Part shown: positions 1-12,692 of the stretch, one piece after another
Layout: the number at the start of each line of letters is the position of its first letter
Numbering within the stretch: position 1 is the stretch's first letter
Assembly: GCA_963732285.1 (NCBI GenBank)
Contig: CAVSYT010000006.1
Location: 46,610 to 110,609, forward strand
Reading direction: 5' to 3'
DNA length: 64,000 bases
DNA from: an uncultured Methanomicrobiales archaeon
GTDB lineage: Archaea > Halobacteriota > Methanomicrobia > Methanomicrobiales > Methanospirillaceae
Program-made: the position numbers and the translations under genes
The notes under the pieces: generated by a model
What the model saw: only the letters and a program-made list of their open reading frames with translations
What the model was told of the DNA's origin: nothing
Database searches by the model: none

Positions 1-268
1 TGACCTCTTTCCGGTAAGACGCATCGGGATAGATCCATTTCCAGATGGTGTTATGGCCCAGCACTTCATCTGCAGAATAGCCGGTGATCTCCTGTGCAGC
101 ACGGTTCCATATGACAACATTCCTGTCCTTATCCAGAAATGTCATCCAGAGTTTTGCGTTGATGATGATGCTTTCAAGAAACTGGGTAAGGGCGTGTGAG
201 TCTAACGTGGATGCCCATTCCTGCTGGATACCCACCATCTTTTTTTCTGGTGCCGGTGACTTTTCCAT
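1..268 (-). CDS. PAS-domain sensor protein, 5' part (runs off window)
   Basis: Manual translation from ATG at 268: MEKSPAPE...WMTFLDKDRNVVIWNRAAQEITGYSADEVLG, a PAS signature. Confidence 0.75.
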   Translation of the reverse strand, partial: MEKSPAPEKKMVGIQQEWASTLDSHALTQFLESIIINAKLWMTFLDKDRNVVIWNRAAQEITGYSADEVLGHNTIWKWIYPDASYRKEV

Positions 269-434
269 CTGAATTCCTCGGTGGTAGTGACCACGCCCCG
301 GAAAAATCAGGGTTTCTGAGATCGTGGCGATCACTATGGGTTGATAAGTGAGTGTATTCTCTGGTTTGTCATAATCAATCTTTGGTTGCTATTTAACCTT
401 CAAAATAAAAGAGGGAGAATTTTCAGGTTAATCC

Positions 435-806
435 GACTTTGTTCAAACGCACATGAACGGGCGTTCGCACCCTGACAATGAAACTCCAAGATATTGCGAT
501 GGTCCCCTGCCTCAGGGCCTCTCTTTAGGCACGGCAGGGCAAGGAGGTTTCAGCACATTTCCGTCATTGATCCGCCGCACAGGAAGCCCCGTCAGGGGCG
601 GCGGGGTTTATCACAATGATGAATGATGTTTGTTTTTCACTATTACCTGAACCAATCGGATTTTCATGGGAAACCCTCTAAAAAAGAGGAGGTCAAGGGG
701 ATGCTCCCCTAGGGCTGCTTCCCTGCTATGGGGAAGAGGGGGGGTCACCCTCCAAACAACCGATATGAAGAAACGAAATATTGGAAAACAGGATTTTAAC
801 AGACCC
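435..806. mobile_element. Composite MITE E1: TIR-bounded MITE carrying a 226-bp IS110-ended unit (448-673)
   Basis: Degenerate TIRs GACTTTGTTCAAAC / GATTTTAACAGACCC; flanks GTTAATCC / GTTAACCT (6/8 TSD); internal modules shared with other copies. Confidence 0.8.
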
Positions 807-812
807 GTTAAC

Positions 813-2470
813 CTACAAAAAGAGCGGCACGTCCTTAAACTCCGTTACGTCAAACATACCCCTGTCGGTGATTCTCAGCGAGGGTATCACGGTTAAGGAA
901 AGAAACGAGAGGTACATGAAAGGATCATCAATTCCGCACATCTTTTGGGTGACCTCATGGAGTTCTTCCATGCGGGTTGCAACGGCCTGATAGGGCAGTG
1001 TTGACATCAGTCCGCCACAGTCCAGCGGGAGGCGGGCTTCCTTCTCCCCGGAGATGGCGACCATCCCCCCCTTCATCTGTTTCACAGCCTCAACTGCCCG
1101 CAGGATCTCTTCGTCACTGGTTCCGACCGCAATCAGGTTGTGGGCATCATGGGCGACACTGGATGCGATTGCACCGTCCTTAAACCCAAAACCATGAACA
1201 AGTCCGATACCGTGTGCACCGGTGCGTACCGGTTGCAGACCACCACTTTAAGGATGTCATGTTCGGATTCGGCACGTTCTTTCATGGAAATTTTCAGGGA
1301 TTCTGTTACGATCTGGTGCGGAATAATACCGATAACCCGTGCAGTGCCTTTATCGGGTAGCCGTAATGCATCTGCGGAGGGAACAGTGCACGGGAATGCC
1401 GGTTTCAGGTTGTGTTCTCCGCCCGGCAGGGTATCTGCCAGTTCCTTACCGGCAACAAATACCTGCTGTACAATAAAGGTGCGGGGATCATTGATGACGC
1501 AGAAATCTGCCCTGCGCCCGGGTGTCAGGGCGCCACGATCATAAAGCCCGAACCGTTCGGATGCAGACAGGGTAGCCATGCGGATCGCAAGTTCGGGTGA
1601 TACTCCGCATTCGATGGCCGTGCGGATGCAGCGATCGATATGCCCGTTGTTCATCAGCAGGTCCGCATGGCAGTCGTCAGTTGCAAAACAACAGCGGGAA
1701 ACGGTGAGCGGGGTGATCAGGGGGGCAAGTTCTTTGATATTGCGTTCTGTCGAACCTTCCCGGATATACAGGAACATGCCTTTATGCAATTTTTCTTCGG
1801 CTTCAGAAAGGGTAGTGCATTCGTGATCGCTCTGGAGCCCGGCAAGGATGTAGGCATTCAGGTCATTGCCGGAGAGCATGGGGGCGTGGCCGTCCCGGAG
1901 GGAAAAAAGCTCCAGTTTTCTTCCGATTTCCGCATCAGCGCCAAGAACCCCGGGATAGTTCATCATCTCGCCCAGACCTGAGACGCCCTCACGGTCTTTG
2001 AACCGGGCAAGATCTTTCGCATCAAGGACAGCCCCTCCGACATCCATCGGTGTCGCCGGGACACAGGATGGAAGCATATACCGGATATCAACCGGAAGTC
2101 CTGACCGCTGGGACAGCATCCAGTCAATACCGGCACTCCCGGCAACATTGGCAATCTCATGGGGATCGGCAATTACAGTTGCAGTCCCGTGCTGCGCTAC
2201 GAGCCGTGCGTATTCCCCGGGGGTGAGCAGGGAGCTTTCGATATGGACATGGGCATCGATGAGGCCGGCAACAATGTATTTCCCGTTGAGATCGTACTCT
2301 TTTTTCCCGGAATAATCCCCGGTGCCAAGAATAATTCCGTCTTTGACGGCAAGGTTCCCTTCATCCCATGTGCAGGTAAACGGGTTGAAGATTTTTGCGT
2401 TGGTGAATACTGCATCCGCCGGGGCAGTGCCCCGGGCTGCATTGATTGTTTCCAAAGAAAATACGGTCAT
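813..2470 (-). CDS. ade: Adenine deaminase (frameshift near 1130-1210)
   Basis: IDAHVHIESS, DPHEIANV, GEMMNYPG, SDHEC, REGS, ATDDCH motifs; C-terminal part in ORF 813-1085 (GLMS...DPFMYLSFLSLTVIP). Confidence 0.92.
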
Positions 2471-2475
2471 ACTGG

Positions 2476-2825
2476 TTACACCACGATATCCCGGATAACG
2501 GCAGTTTTTCGTTCGCCGTTTCCGATAAGGTAAATATAGAGTTTGTAGCTGCCCGGTTCAAGCGACACCGGGAGGGAAACCTGATTTTTCCCTTTTGTTA
2601 AGGGAGCCGGGCGTACACGACCCGGTATTCATTCTGGTGAAGATCCCTGATCTGGTAGATGGTCACCTGTATTCGTGCATCAGCACTATTGTCACTGCTG
2701 CTCAGGTTGACGATGATCTCCCCGTTGTCGTACCGGGCATCATCAATTGCGGGAGATGTACACCCGGCAATGATGACGAGCATGACGCAGAGAAGAAGGA
2801 GAGAAAATCTGTGCAGCCCGCTCAT
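2476..2825 (-). CDS. Small putative lipoprotein (frameshift near 2608)
   Basis: Hydrophobic signal ending IIAGC; the shifted frame continues LEPGSYKLYIYL to TAA at 2476-2478, 5 bp before the ade start. Confidence 0.6.
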
Positions 2826-2935
2826 GATCCAATGGTAAAACGGCAAGGTTAAAAACCGTATGGTTATCTGGCGGACCTGTCGCTGCGGGTTGAAATGAAA
2901 CGGTTCGGTTATTTCAGTCGGAAATCATGGAGTCC

Positions 2936-3221
2936 GATCCTGCTGATACGGACATGGACTATTGAGTTCACACCCCATCATAGCGTTTCTTATGAAAATC
3001 AGCATATTCAGATACGATTTGAAAATGGTTTTTGTATCATTATGATGAACGCCGCCGCCCCCGATGGGACGCCCCCGTGGCGGATCAATGAAGGAAATGT
3101 ACTGAAACTTCCCAGCCCTGCCGTGCCTGAAGAGAGGCCCAGAGGCAAAGGAACCATCGCACTATCAGGGATTTTCATTGTTCTGGAGTGAACGCCCGTT
3201 CATGTGTGTTTCAACAGAGCC
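2936..3221. mobile_element. Composite MITE E2 (degenerate left end; A1-hairpin-B1 unit, no central MITE body)
   Basis: Right end GAACGCCCGTTCATGTGTGTTTCAACAGAGCC; ATGAAAATC at 2992; GC hairpin 3051-3083. Confidence 0.75.
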
Positions 3222-3294
3222 CAAAGCAAAAAAAAAGAACCATTTCCATGCTGCGTCCACAGCAGAACTGCATTAACAGAAGATGAAAGAAAAT

Positions 3295-3696
3295 CTAACA
3301 CGGAGATTGTTTTACGGTTGCATGGGCGCTGCGGATAATCTGCGTTAATTCAGGAAATTCCTCTAATGGATTTCCGCGTCGCTGAACATATGCCGCCTTA
3401 CATTTTTCCAGTGAGTCTCTCATTTCATCATCCAGATCCCTGCCTGAATACAGGATGAACATTGCATCACACCCGCAGGAACGCAGGTGTGCCATCAGCA
3501 AACACCCGTTCATTCCCGGCATAGTATAATCGAATATAATAGCATCGAACTTTTGTGATCGTGCAAGTTCAATAGCCCCGGCTGGTGAATTGCATGTCTG
3601 GATCGCAAAATCCGGCTCCCGGTCAAGTTTGCGGCAGGTAAGATCCAGAAGTACGGGGTCATCGTCAACAAGGAGCACAGAGATCATGAAAATCAT
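3295..3696 (-). CDS. Single-domain response regulator (REC)
   Basis: VLLVDDDP, IIFDYTMPGMNG, LYSG. Confidence 0.85.
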   Translation of the reverse strand: MIFMISVLLVDDDPVLLDLTCRKLDREPDFAIQTCNSPAGAIELARSQKFDAIIFDYTMPGMNGCLLMAHLRSCGCDAMFILYSGRDLDDEMRDSLEKCKAAYVQRRGNPLEEFPELTQIIRSAHATVKQSPC

Positions 3697-4007
3697 CTTC
3701 TTACCGGTATACTAAGATTGGTGTGCGGTAAAATATATCGGGTTGCTCCGGTGTGCTGTACCGGACAATGCCCCATGAGTGATTGTGAAAATAGTCTGCA
3801 CAGACTTTCGGTAAACCGGGACGTGTCATATGCAATGCATTATACGACATTCTTCCCTAGTTGTATAAACATACCCGTACTTCCTGCACAGCAACCCGTG
3901 GTTAAGGCTATATAGTTTGATAGGAAGGTTCTGTATCAGGAATAGAAAATTCCCGGGCATCCCCATAAGGATGAACCCGGTACTATATGTGCAACGTGTG
4001 ATCTGGT

Positions 4008-6954
4008 ATGATTAACGTACTCTACACAGATGATGAACCCGCCCTTCTCGAGATAGGGAAACTGTTTCTTGAGCAGTCAGGAGAGATTCAGGTAGAGACT
4101 GCCATTTCCGCGATTGAAGGTTTACGTCTGCTGGAGGATCACACTTTTGATGCTGTTGTTTCTGATTACCAGATGCCGGGGATGGATGGGATCACCTTCC
4201 TTAAGCAGCTCAAGGCATCAGGAAATACCACGCCGTTCATCATCTTCACTGGCAGGGGTCGTGAAGAGGTGGTCATTGAAGCACTTAACGGGGGTGCTGA
4301 TTTTTATATCCAGAAGGGCGGCGAACCCCTGTCCCAGTTTGCCGAACTTATCCATAAGATAAAAATTGCCGTAGGGCGCAAACGGGCCGGAGATGCACAG
4401 CAGCAGGACGAGATCCGGGTCCAGACGTTGTTGGCGTTTTACCAGATGACCTCTGCGCCGTTAAAGGAACTGATGTCCTTTGCCATAGAAAAGATCGTTG
4501 AGATCTCCACAAGTTCGATTGGGTATCTCGCGTTTGTCAACGATGATGAGACCCTGCTTACCATGTATGCGTGGTCAGCTCGGGCAATGAAGGAATGCGC
4601 AACCCGCGAAAAACCGATTGAATATCCCCTCCACACAACCGGGTTATGGGGAGAGGCAGTCCGTCAGCGCCGCCCGGTGATCACCAATGATTATGCAGCC
4701 AAAAATCCCCTGAAAAAGGGACATCCGCGGGGGCATGTTCCTATCATCAGGCACATGAATATCCCGGTCTTTGATGGCGATCGGATCGTCATGGTTGCCG
4801 GTGTAGGAAACAAAACGTCTGATTATGACCAGCGGGATGTCCAGGAACTCTCGCTCCTGATGAGCGGGTTATGGAATGTTATCAAAGCACGCCGGGCTGA
4901 AGAGGAACTCTTAAAGAAAAACGAGGAACTGGGAGCATCGTATGAGCAGCTGGCTTCTGCGGAAGAGAAACTCCGTGCCAAGGTAGATGAGCTGACCCGG
5001 CAGGAACTGGTGCTCCGGGAGAGCAGGCGCCAGCTTGATGCAATGGCCGCAAACATTCCCGGGGTTGTATACCGGTTTTTCGTGAACCCAGACGGGACTT
5101 ACGGGTTTGATTATATCAGCGAGCGCAGCCGGCAGATACTGGGAATCGAAAACGACCCGGCGACATTTTTTGCCCGGATAACTGAAGGTATCGTTCCAGA
5201 AGACCGGGAACGGTTCCTCAGTTCTTATCCGGCACGCGATCAGCACGAAAACGCTCTGGGAAATTGAAGGCCGGTATGTCAAACCCTCCGGGAAACGGAT
5301 CTGGATAAGCGCGATGTCAAGCCCGGTAATGGAAGACAACCTGCTCATCTTCGATGGTGTATTTTTTGATAATACCGCCCGGAAGCATGCCGAAGAAGAA
5401 CTCTTAAAGAAAAACGAGGAACTGGGTGCATCGTATGAGCAACTTGCTGCCGCTGGAGAAGAACTCCGTGCGAACCTTCATGAACTGACCCGGCAGGAAC
5501 GGGAACTCCGGGAGAGCGAAGAGCGGTACCACCAGTTTTTCAAAACAACGTTAGACAGCACCTTCATCACAACTGCTGACGGGCGGTGGGTAGACTGCAA
5601 TGACGCCTTAGTGGAAACTTTCGGGTATAACAGTCGTGAGGACGTATTCAGCAGGCCCGTATCAGCGTTCTATGCACATCCCGAAGACAGGGCGGCGTTC
5701 CTTAAAATTGTTGAACGGGATGGATATGTAAAAGAATATCCCCTCCTGTGGAGGAAAAAAGACGGGACGATCGTTGATGGCCTTATCACTATTGTACCCC
5801 AGAAAAATCCGGACGGTTCTGTTAAAGGTTTTATCGGCACTGTCCACGATGTCACCGGTAAAAAACGGGTTTCTGCCCCCCTTTCCACTCGCGAACCATT
5901 CAACCAGGGCCGCGTGGAAAACCTGCCGGATTACATTGTCGTCTATGATCAGGATAGAAAGATTCTTTACGTAAACCCGTCTGTGGAAAGTGCGCTCGGT
6001 TATGATGCAGACACGATGATCGGCACATCAATACTCTCGTATATAGCGGAAGAATCCCGGAACCGGGCTCATGAAAACATGACTGCACATGATGAAATGG
6101 GAATAATTCCTGTGTACGAGATCGATCTAATCGCACGTGACGGTTTCCGCAGAACGGTGATTGTGAAAGGAACACAGATCCTGTACGATAACAATCCTGC
6201 GACCCTCCTGCTTCTCATTGACATGACCATGCGAAAGGCGCTTGAAGATCAGCTCAAGGCTCGTGCTGCAGAGCTCTCCCAGATCTCAACCGCATTCCGG
6301 CAGGCGAATAAAAAACTCATGCTCTTATCCAGTATCACCCGGCACGATATCAACAACCAGCTCACGGTGATCCTGGGCTATCTCGGATTACTCGAAAATA
6401 CGCAGTCCGATCCCGAACTCAATGAATTTTTCCTCAAGGTTATCCATGCGGCAAGGCGCATCTCTTCCATGATCGAGTTTACCAAGGAATATGAGGAGAT
6501 CGGGGTATCGGATCCTACATGGCAGGACATAAAAATCGTGGTATACATTGCCGCAAAAGAAGCCCCGCTCGGGCATGTCCTGCTGAAAAATGACATTCCT
6601 GCCGGTACTGAAGTGTTTGCCGACCCGCTCATTGCCAAGGTCTGTTACAACCTGATGGATAATGCGGTGCGGTATGGCGGGAAGATTACGACCATCCGGT
6701 TCGCGGTTGAGGACCCTGAAGGGGATCTGAAACTCATATGCGAGGATGACGGCGACGGTGTTGCTGCAGATGAGAAGGAACGGATCTTTGAGCGCGGTTT
6801 TGGGAAAAACACCGGGCTTGGACTTGCGCTTTCGCGGGAGATCCTCTCTCTCACCGGTATCACTATCCGTGAAACCGGGACGCCGGGAAAGGGAGCACGG
6901 TTTGAGATGACGGTGCCAAAAGATATCTGGCGGACAACCGGAAAGGGACCATAA
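4008..6954 (+). CDS. Hybrid REC-GAF-PAS histidine kinase (frameshift near 5230)
   Basis: REC (YTDDEP, SDYQMP), GAF, PAS repeats, H-box ITRHDINN, NAVRYG, DDGDG, GKNTGLGL; ORFs 4008-5267 and 5314-6954. Confidence 0.88.
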
Positions 6955-9900
6955 TGGGAGCGGCAATCCGGGTTCTCTATGTGGATGATGAATCCACACT
7001 TCTTGAGATCAGCAAACTCTTCCTCGAAGCGGGAGGGGAGTTTGTCGTTGATACGCTCCAGTCTGCACAGGATGCACTTCTCCTGCTGGAGACGGAGCGG
7101 TATGACGCCATTATCTCTGACTACCAGATGCCGGAGATGGACGGCATTGAATTTTTGAAAACGCTGCGTGCCGCGGGCAATACTATCCCCTTTATCCTCT
7201 TCACCGGGCGGGGGCGTGAGGAGATTGTTATCCAGGCACTGAACCATGGTGCTGATTTCTACCTCCAGAAAGGCGGTGAACCCCGGTCACTGTATGCAGA
7301 ACTTGCTCACAAGATTCACCAGTCCGTGAACCGGAAACGGTCTGAAGAGGCACTTAAAGAGAGTGAGATGCGCTTCAGGCAGGTATTCGAAACCCTGCCC
7401 ATTGGCCTGTGGCTTGCAGATAAAAACGGGAAGCTCATCATGGGAAATCCTGCCGGGCAGAAGATCTGGGGGGCAGAGCCCCATTTCGGCCAGGAAGAGT
7501 ATGGTGCCTTCAAGGCATGGCGCATGCCATCCCGCGAGCAGATCCGTCCTGATGACTGGGCGCTTGCCCATGCCGTGAATGAAGGAAGGGTCACTGAGCA
7601 CGAACTTCTCGAGATTGAAGCGTTCAATGGCATTCATAAACATATTCTGAACTGGGTATCTCCGGTCAAAAATGAGAACGATGAGATCTTCGGTGCATTT
7701 GTCATCAACCAGGATATCACGGAATCGGAGCATGCGATCAAGGCGCTGCACGAGAGTGAATGCAGGTTCCGGGCGATCTTTAATGCAACATTTGAGTTCA
7801 TGGCCCTGCTTGAGCCTGATGGAAATATCGTAGTGGTAAATGAAACGGCCCTGCAGTTTGGCGGTTTTTCGCTGGCTGACGTCATACACAAACCCTTCTG
7901 GGAAATCCTCTGGTGGACAATTTCTCCGGAAATTTCTGCCCGTCTGAAGGATGCCGTTTCCCGTGTTGCGTCAGGTGAATTTGTACGGTACGAAGTGGAT
8001 GTTCTGGGTAAAGATAACCGGGTAGTTACCATTGACTTCTCGTTAAAGCCAGTCCGGGATGGTTCAGGAACCATTACTTCCCTTGTGGCTGAGGGGCGGG
8101 ATATCTCCGGGATTAAACGGACAGAACAACTTTTACGGCAGCAGACTGATGCCATGGAATCTGCGATCGATGGTATGGCCATCCTTGACAAAAACCAGCA
8201 GTATAGCTGACATGAACCCGGCCCATGCACGGTTTTACGGATATGATTCTCCTGAAGAACTTATCGGGAAGTCCTGGCGTCTCCTGTATGACGAAGAAGA
8301 GTTAATCCGGTTCGAACGGGAGATCATGCCGGAGTTTATCAGGAAGGGAAATTTCCGGGGAGTGACACGGGGAAAGAAAAAAGATGGCAGCACCTATCCG
8401 CAGGAAATATCGCTCACAGCACTGGAGGACGGCGGACTTATCTGTATCGTGCGGGACATTACTGAACAAAAAAATATTGAAGACGCACTTCGGGAAAGTG
8501 AGGAACGGTTCCGTACTCTTGCAGCTTATATTCAGGATCCTGTCCTTATCCTTGATTTCGACGGGAGTGTGCAGTATGCCAACAATGCAGCATTCCGGTT
8601 CGTAGGAATCCCGCCTTCGCTTGATGTGAGTTCGGAGAATATTGCCACGTTCATTGCACCGGAGTCGCAGGAGAAGGCACTTGCGGATCTGGAAAAGGTC
8701 CGGGTGAGCGGGGGCCCTCTTATTGCGGAATACCGGATGCGGACTGCGCAGGGAGAGATCAAATGGGTTGAGGCGGTGGGTACACGGGTTTCGTGGAATA
8801 AAACAGACCGGGACCTGGTTGCCCTCCGCGATATTACCTCACGTAAACAAGCGGAAGAAGAACTACGTCTCAAGGATAATGCCATTGAATCCTCAATAAA
8901 CGCGATTGCCATCGGAGATTTGTCGGGTAACCTGACCTATGTTAATCCGGCGTTTCTTTCTATCTGGGGCTATGAGGACCGGAATGAAGTGCTTGGCCGA
9001 TCGGCAATCTCCTTCTGGATTGTGGAAGATGAAGCTCAACAGGTTTTTGAAGAGATACACGCAACGGGAAAATGGTCCGGGCAGATGACGGGGCGAAAAA
9101 AAGATGGTACATCCATTCAGGTTCAATTGTCGGGAAACCTGATCCGTGGTGCTTCCGGTGAGCCCGTTGCCATGATGAGCTCATTTATTGATATCACCGA
9201 TCAAAAGCGGATCGAAAAGGCACTCCGGCAGAGTGAACAAAAATTCCGCAGCATGGTGGAAGCATCGCCGGATATAATCTGGGAGACCGATACCCGGGGA
9301 AATTTCACGTATGTGAGTCCCCAATCCAGCCAACAGTCTGGTTACCCCCCGGAAGAGCTCATCGGTTCACCGTTACTAAAGCTCGTTTCTCCGGAATCAC
9401 TGGACGCCATGCATAAAATATTCCTTTCCATTATCCAGGATAAATCTTCATTTATCACGTTTGAAATTCCGGCAGTCCACCGGAATGGCAGCGTGGTTGT
9501 CCTTGAAATCCGTTCGGTAATTATAAACGATGAAGACGGGCAGGTTATCGGCTTACGGGGGATTGCACGGGACATTACTGAACGCAGGAAGGCAGAAGAA
9601 TCATTACAGCTGGCAAACCGGAAACTCCATCTCCTCTCCAGCATCACCCGGCATGACATCAATAACCAGCTTTCTATCATGCGGGGTTATTGTAAACTCC
9701 TGGAAACGAAGATGCATGACCCGGCTTTCTCCGGGTATTTCGAGAAAGTCAATGCATCTTCTGAACGGATCTCTTCTATTATCAGATTTACGCGTGAATA
9801 TGAAGATCTGGGTGTCAAAACCTCTGCATGGCAGGACATATGGCAGTTACTGGAACCAGCAACCCGGGATTTAGGTCTGGGGCATATCCGGCTCATCAAT

Positions 9901-10287
9901 GATCTCCCCCCGGTATGGAGGGTACTTGCTGATCCGCTGATTGTCAGGGTCTTTTTTAACCTGGTGGATAATGCCGTGCGCTACGGGGGGAAGATCACGA
10001 CTATCCGGTTTTCGGTTAAGGAGTCCGGTGAGGATCAGGTCATCGTGTGCGAAAATGATGGTGAGAGTATACCGTACGATGAGAAGGAGAAGATTTTTGA
10101 GCGGGGTTTCGGGAAGAATACCGGCTTCGGGCTCTTTCTCATCCGTGAAATCCTTGCGATTACCCATATCACTATCAAAGAGACGGGAGAACCGGGAAAA
10201 GGAGCACGATTCGAGATGATGGTGCCGAGAGGAAACTACCGGTTTGGCGATATCACGGATGTGCGGGACAGCATAAAAGACGAGTAA
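6954..10287 (+). CDS. Hybrid REC-multi-PAS histidine kinase (frameshift near 8205)
   Basis: REC, about six PAS domains, ITRHDINN H-box, HATPase boxes; ORFs 6954-8210 and 8059-10287; TAATG overlap with upstream kinase. Confidence 0.88.
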
Positions 10288-10427
10288 GAAATTGATCGGG
10301 AGACGCGGATCGTTCTTTAGCGTACGGGTAAAAACATTCCTGCGTGGAGAACACAATCCTGAAATTCCGGTAGCCCGGTGTGTTCACACGTTCCGGCACA
10401 ATGATTTCTGTTTTTATACAGGACACC

Positions 10428-10868
10428 GGCTCTGTTGAAACGCACATGAACGGGCGTTAACTCCTGAATTATGAAAATCATTAAAATTTCATATTGGGGA
10501 GGGCTCCCCGCCTCAGGGCCTCTTCGAGGCACGGCGGGGCATGGAGGTTTTTTGTATTTACCGCCCCTAAAACCGCCGCGGGGGCGTCCCATCGGGGGCG
10601 GCGGCGTTCATCATAATTATACAAAAAACATTTTCAAATTCTATTTGAATATGCTGATTTAATATGAAAATGCCAACATCATTTTCATTTTGTCTGCTTG
10701 TAGCCCTTTGGCATCATGTCTGTTTTCATGGGAAATCCTATTTTTCCGTTCTTCACTTCTTCTTCTCGCGTGCTTGGAGGGTGACCCCCTCTCTCTCCCG
10801 GAGGGGGAGGCCGCCCACGGGGAGCATCCCCTTGACCCCTCCCATTTTTAGAGGGTTTCAACAGAGCC
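10428..10868. mobile_element. Composite MITE E3: left TIR occupied (10441-10735), right TIR empty
   Basis: Perfect TIRs GGCTCTGTTGAAAC / GTTTCAACAGAGCC; flanks AGGACACC / GGGACATC (6/8). Confidence 0.88.
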
Positions 10869-10986
10869 GGGACATCCGCAATTTCCTGACTTATATAATA
10901 CTATACGTTTTTTAAACGCCGATCAGAATGCATTTACCGTGATAATAAAAATAAAATTAACGCATGTGGTATTTTCTGGTGATTTG

Positions 10987-11358
10987 ATGCGAGAGGAAAG
11001 CGTTCAATATTTTACTGAAACGGAAGAAGAGTTCGCGAACCTGTTGATCGAGATTGGTATAAAGAAAAATGTTGCGAGAATGCTTGTTTTTCTTTCAAAT
11101 ACCCCAAACGCAACCTCCCGGGAAATTGAACGCGGTGTCGATATGCGCCAGCCTGAAGTGAGCATCGCGATCAAATACCTTACCGAACAAGGCTGGATTA
11201 ATTGTGAGGAGATCCCTTCCGAAAAGAAAGGCCGCCCCCAGAAAAACTATTCACTCGCAGTACCGGTAAAAGAAATTATCGCCATCATCGAAGAAGAAAA
11301 GAAGAACGAAGCAAATCAACGGCTCGCACTTGTCAGGAAAATGCGGGAATATGTCTGA
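10987..11358 (+). CDS. Archaeal winged-helix transcriptional regulator (ArsR/MarR/TrmB-like)
   Basis: ATSREIERGVDMRQPEVSIAIKYL...KGRPQKNY. Confidence 0.8.
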   Translation: MREESVQYFTETEEEFANLLIEIGIKKNVARMLVFLSNTPNATSREIERGVDMRQPEVSIAIKYLTEQGWINCEEIPSEKKGRPQKNYSLAVPVKEIIAIIEEEKKNEANQRLALVRKMREYV

Positions 11359-11552
11359 CACAATTACCAGAATTTTTTTTGGCATACCGGGATATGGTTT
11401 AAGTTGGATAGATAGTCTCTAATGCTGAGGAATTTTAGCGGTCCGGGAGATCGCTGCAGGCTTTTACGAAAGCACCTAAAAAAAGAAGATCTATTTCCTT
11501 TTATGCACTCTCCCCGGAGAGATATTCGATAACGATATCATCAGGAGTGGAT

Positions 11553-12692
11553 TTACCCGGTCACCTGCGAGTACGTGCCGGTCATCTTCCGGGCAACCGG
11601 GTCCCAGAGGAACTGCCGGTCCACCTTGCTTCGCCCCCGTCTTCCCATTACCTGTGCATTTTCCGGGTCATCGATAAGGGTGCTGATTCCCCATGCGAGC
11701 GATCCCGGTTCAGGATATACTTTTATGCCATTGACAAAGGAGTCAATATTCTCTGAGAGTCCCCCGACATCACAGGCAACAACGGGTTTTTCTGCACTCC
11801 ACGCTTCGAGAAGCACAAGACCGAACGGCTCGTTCCTGCTGGGAATCACGACAAGATCGCATGCGTTCAGGAGACGGATATACTCGGAATCCGGAATATA
11901 CCCGATAAAATTCACCGGGAGGTCCCGTGCCCGATCCTCGAGGAACTGTCGCATACCTCCGTCACCGGCAACGATTACTTTTGCATCCCAGCGATTCTGG
12001 CAGACCTTCCGGATAGCGTCGATGAACAGGTCCGGGCCTTTCTGGTACACCAGTCGCCCGATGAACAGGATGAGCGGGGCATAGGGATGGATCCCGTACG
12101 CCTTTTTCACTTCACCGGCATCGACATGGGCACGGTACTGGCGAGGCACAATGCCGTTCGGGACCACATCGCACTTCCAGTCGGGAACATTGTAGAGCTG
12201 CATGATCTCATTTTTCATCACCTGTGAAACAGCAGTCACCCTCTTTGCAATCAGCCCGCCATACCACTCCTTGCCCGAGACCTCCTTATATTCCCACCAG
12301 TCCCCGTAATGGTTACCGTTCCTCCCGTATTCGGTGGAATGGAACGTAAGGATCGTGTCCCGGTCCTTCAGCCGGTGAAGCGCCGGGATCGGGTGCCAGT
12401 CGTGGAAATGCAGGATATCAAATTTTGACTTCTTATCAAAACCATGGAACTGTTCCACCATCGCATTGCTCATGTCCTCACAGTACTGCACGGTATTGTT
12501 GCCATAGGGGTGGCAGTAGTGGTAACTGACACCATTAATCTCCTGGTCCGGCATTGTCCCGCGGGTGAAATAATGCACTTCATGGTTCTTTGCCAGGGTC
12601 TCTGCGAGGTTGGTTGCTGCGCTGGCGAGCCCACCTACCCGTTCGGAATACATCGATTCCCAGCAGAAGAATGCTACATTAAGTGACTCCAT
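11553..12692 (-). CDS. GT4 glycosyltransferase (glycogen synthase-like), copy 1
   Basis: VGGL, LHFHDWH, FIGRLVYQKG, PSRNEPFGLVLLEAW. Confidence 0.88.
   Translation of the reverse strand: MESLNVAFFCWESMYSERVGGLASAATNLAETLAKNHEVHYFTRGTMPDQEINGVSYHYCHPYGNNTVQYCEDMSNAMVEQFHGFDKKSKFDILHFHDWHPIPALHRLKDRDTILTFHSTEYGRNGNHYGDWWEYKEVSGKEWYGGLIAKRVTAVSQVMKNEIMQLYNVPDWKCDVVPNGIVPRQYRAHVDAGEVKKAYGIHPYAPLILFIGRLVYQKGPDLFIDAIRKVCQNRWDAKVIVAGDGGMRQFLEDRARDLPVNFIGYIPDSEYIRLLNACDLVVIPSRNEPFGLVLLEAWSAEKPVVACDVGGLSENIDSFVNGIKVYPEPGSLAWGISTLIDDPENAQVMGRRGRSKVDRQFLWDPVARKMTGTYSQVTG

Noticed and set aside
540-570. GGTTTCAGCA and ATTTCCGTCAT in arm A1 as target/donor-like guides
   Set aside because: Matches are short and vary between copies, and no loop context was established; not supportable without alignment
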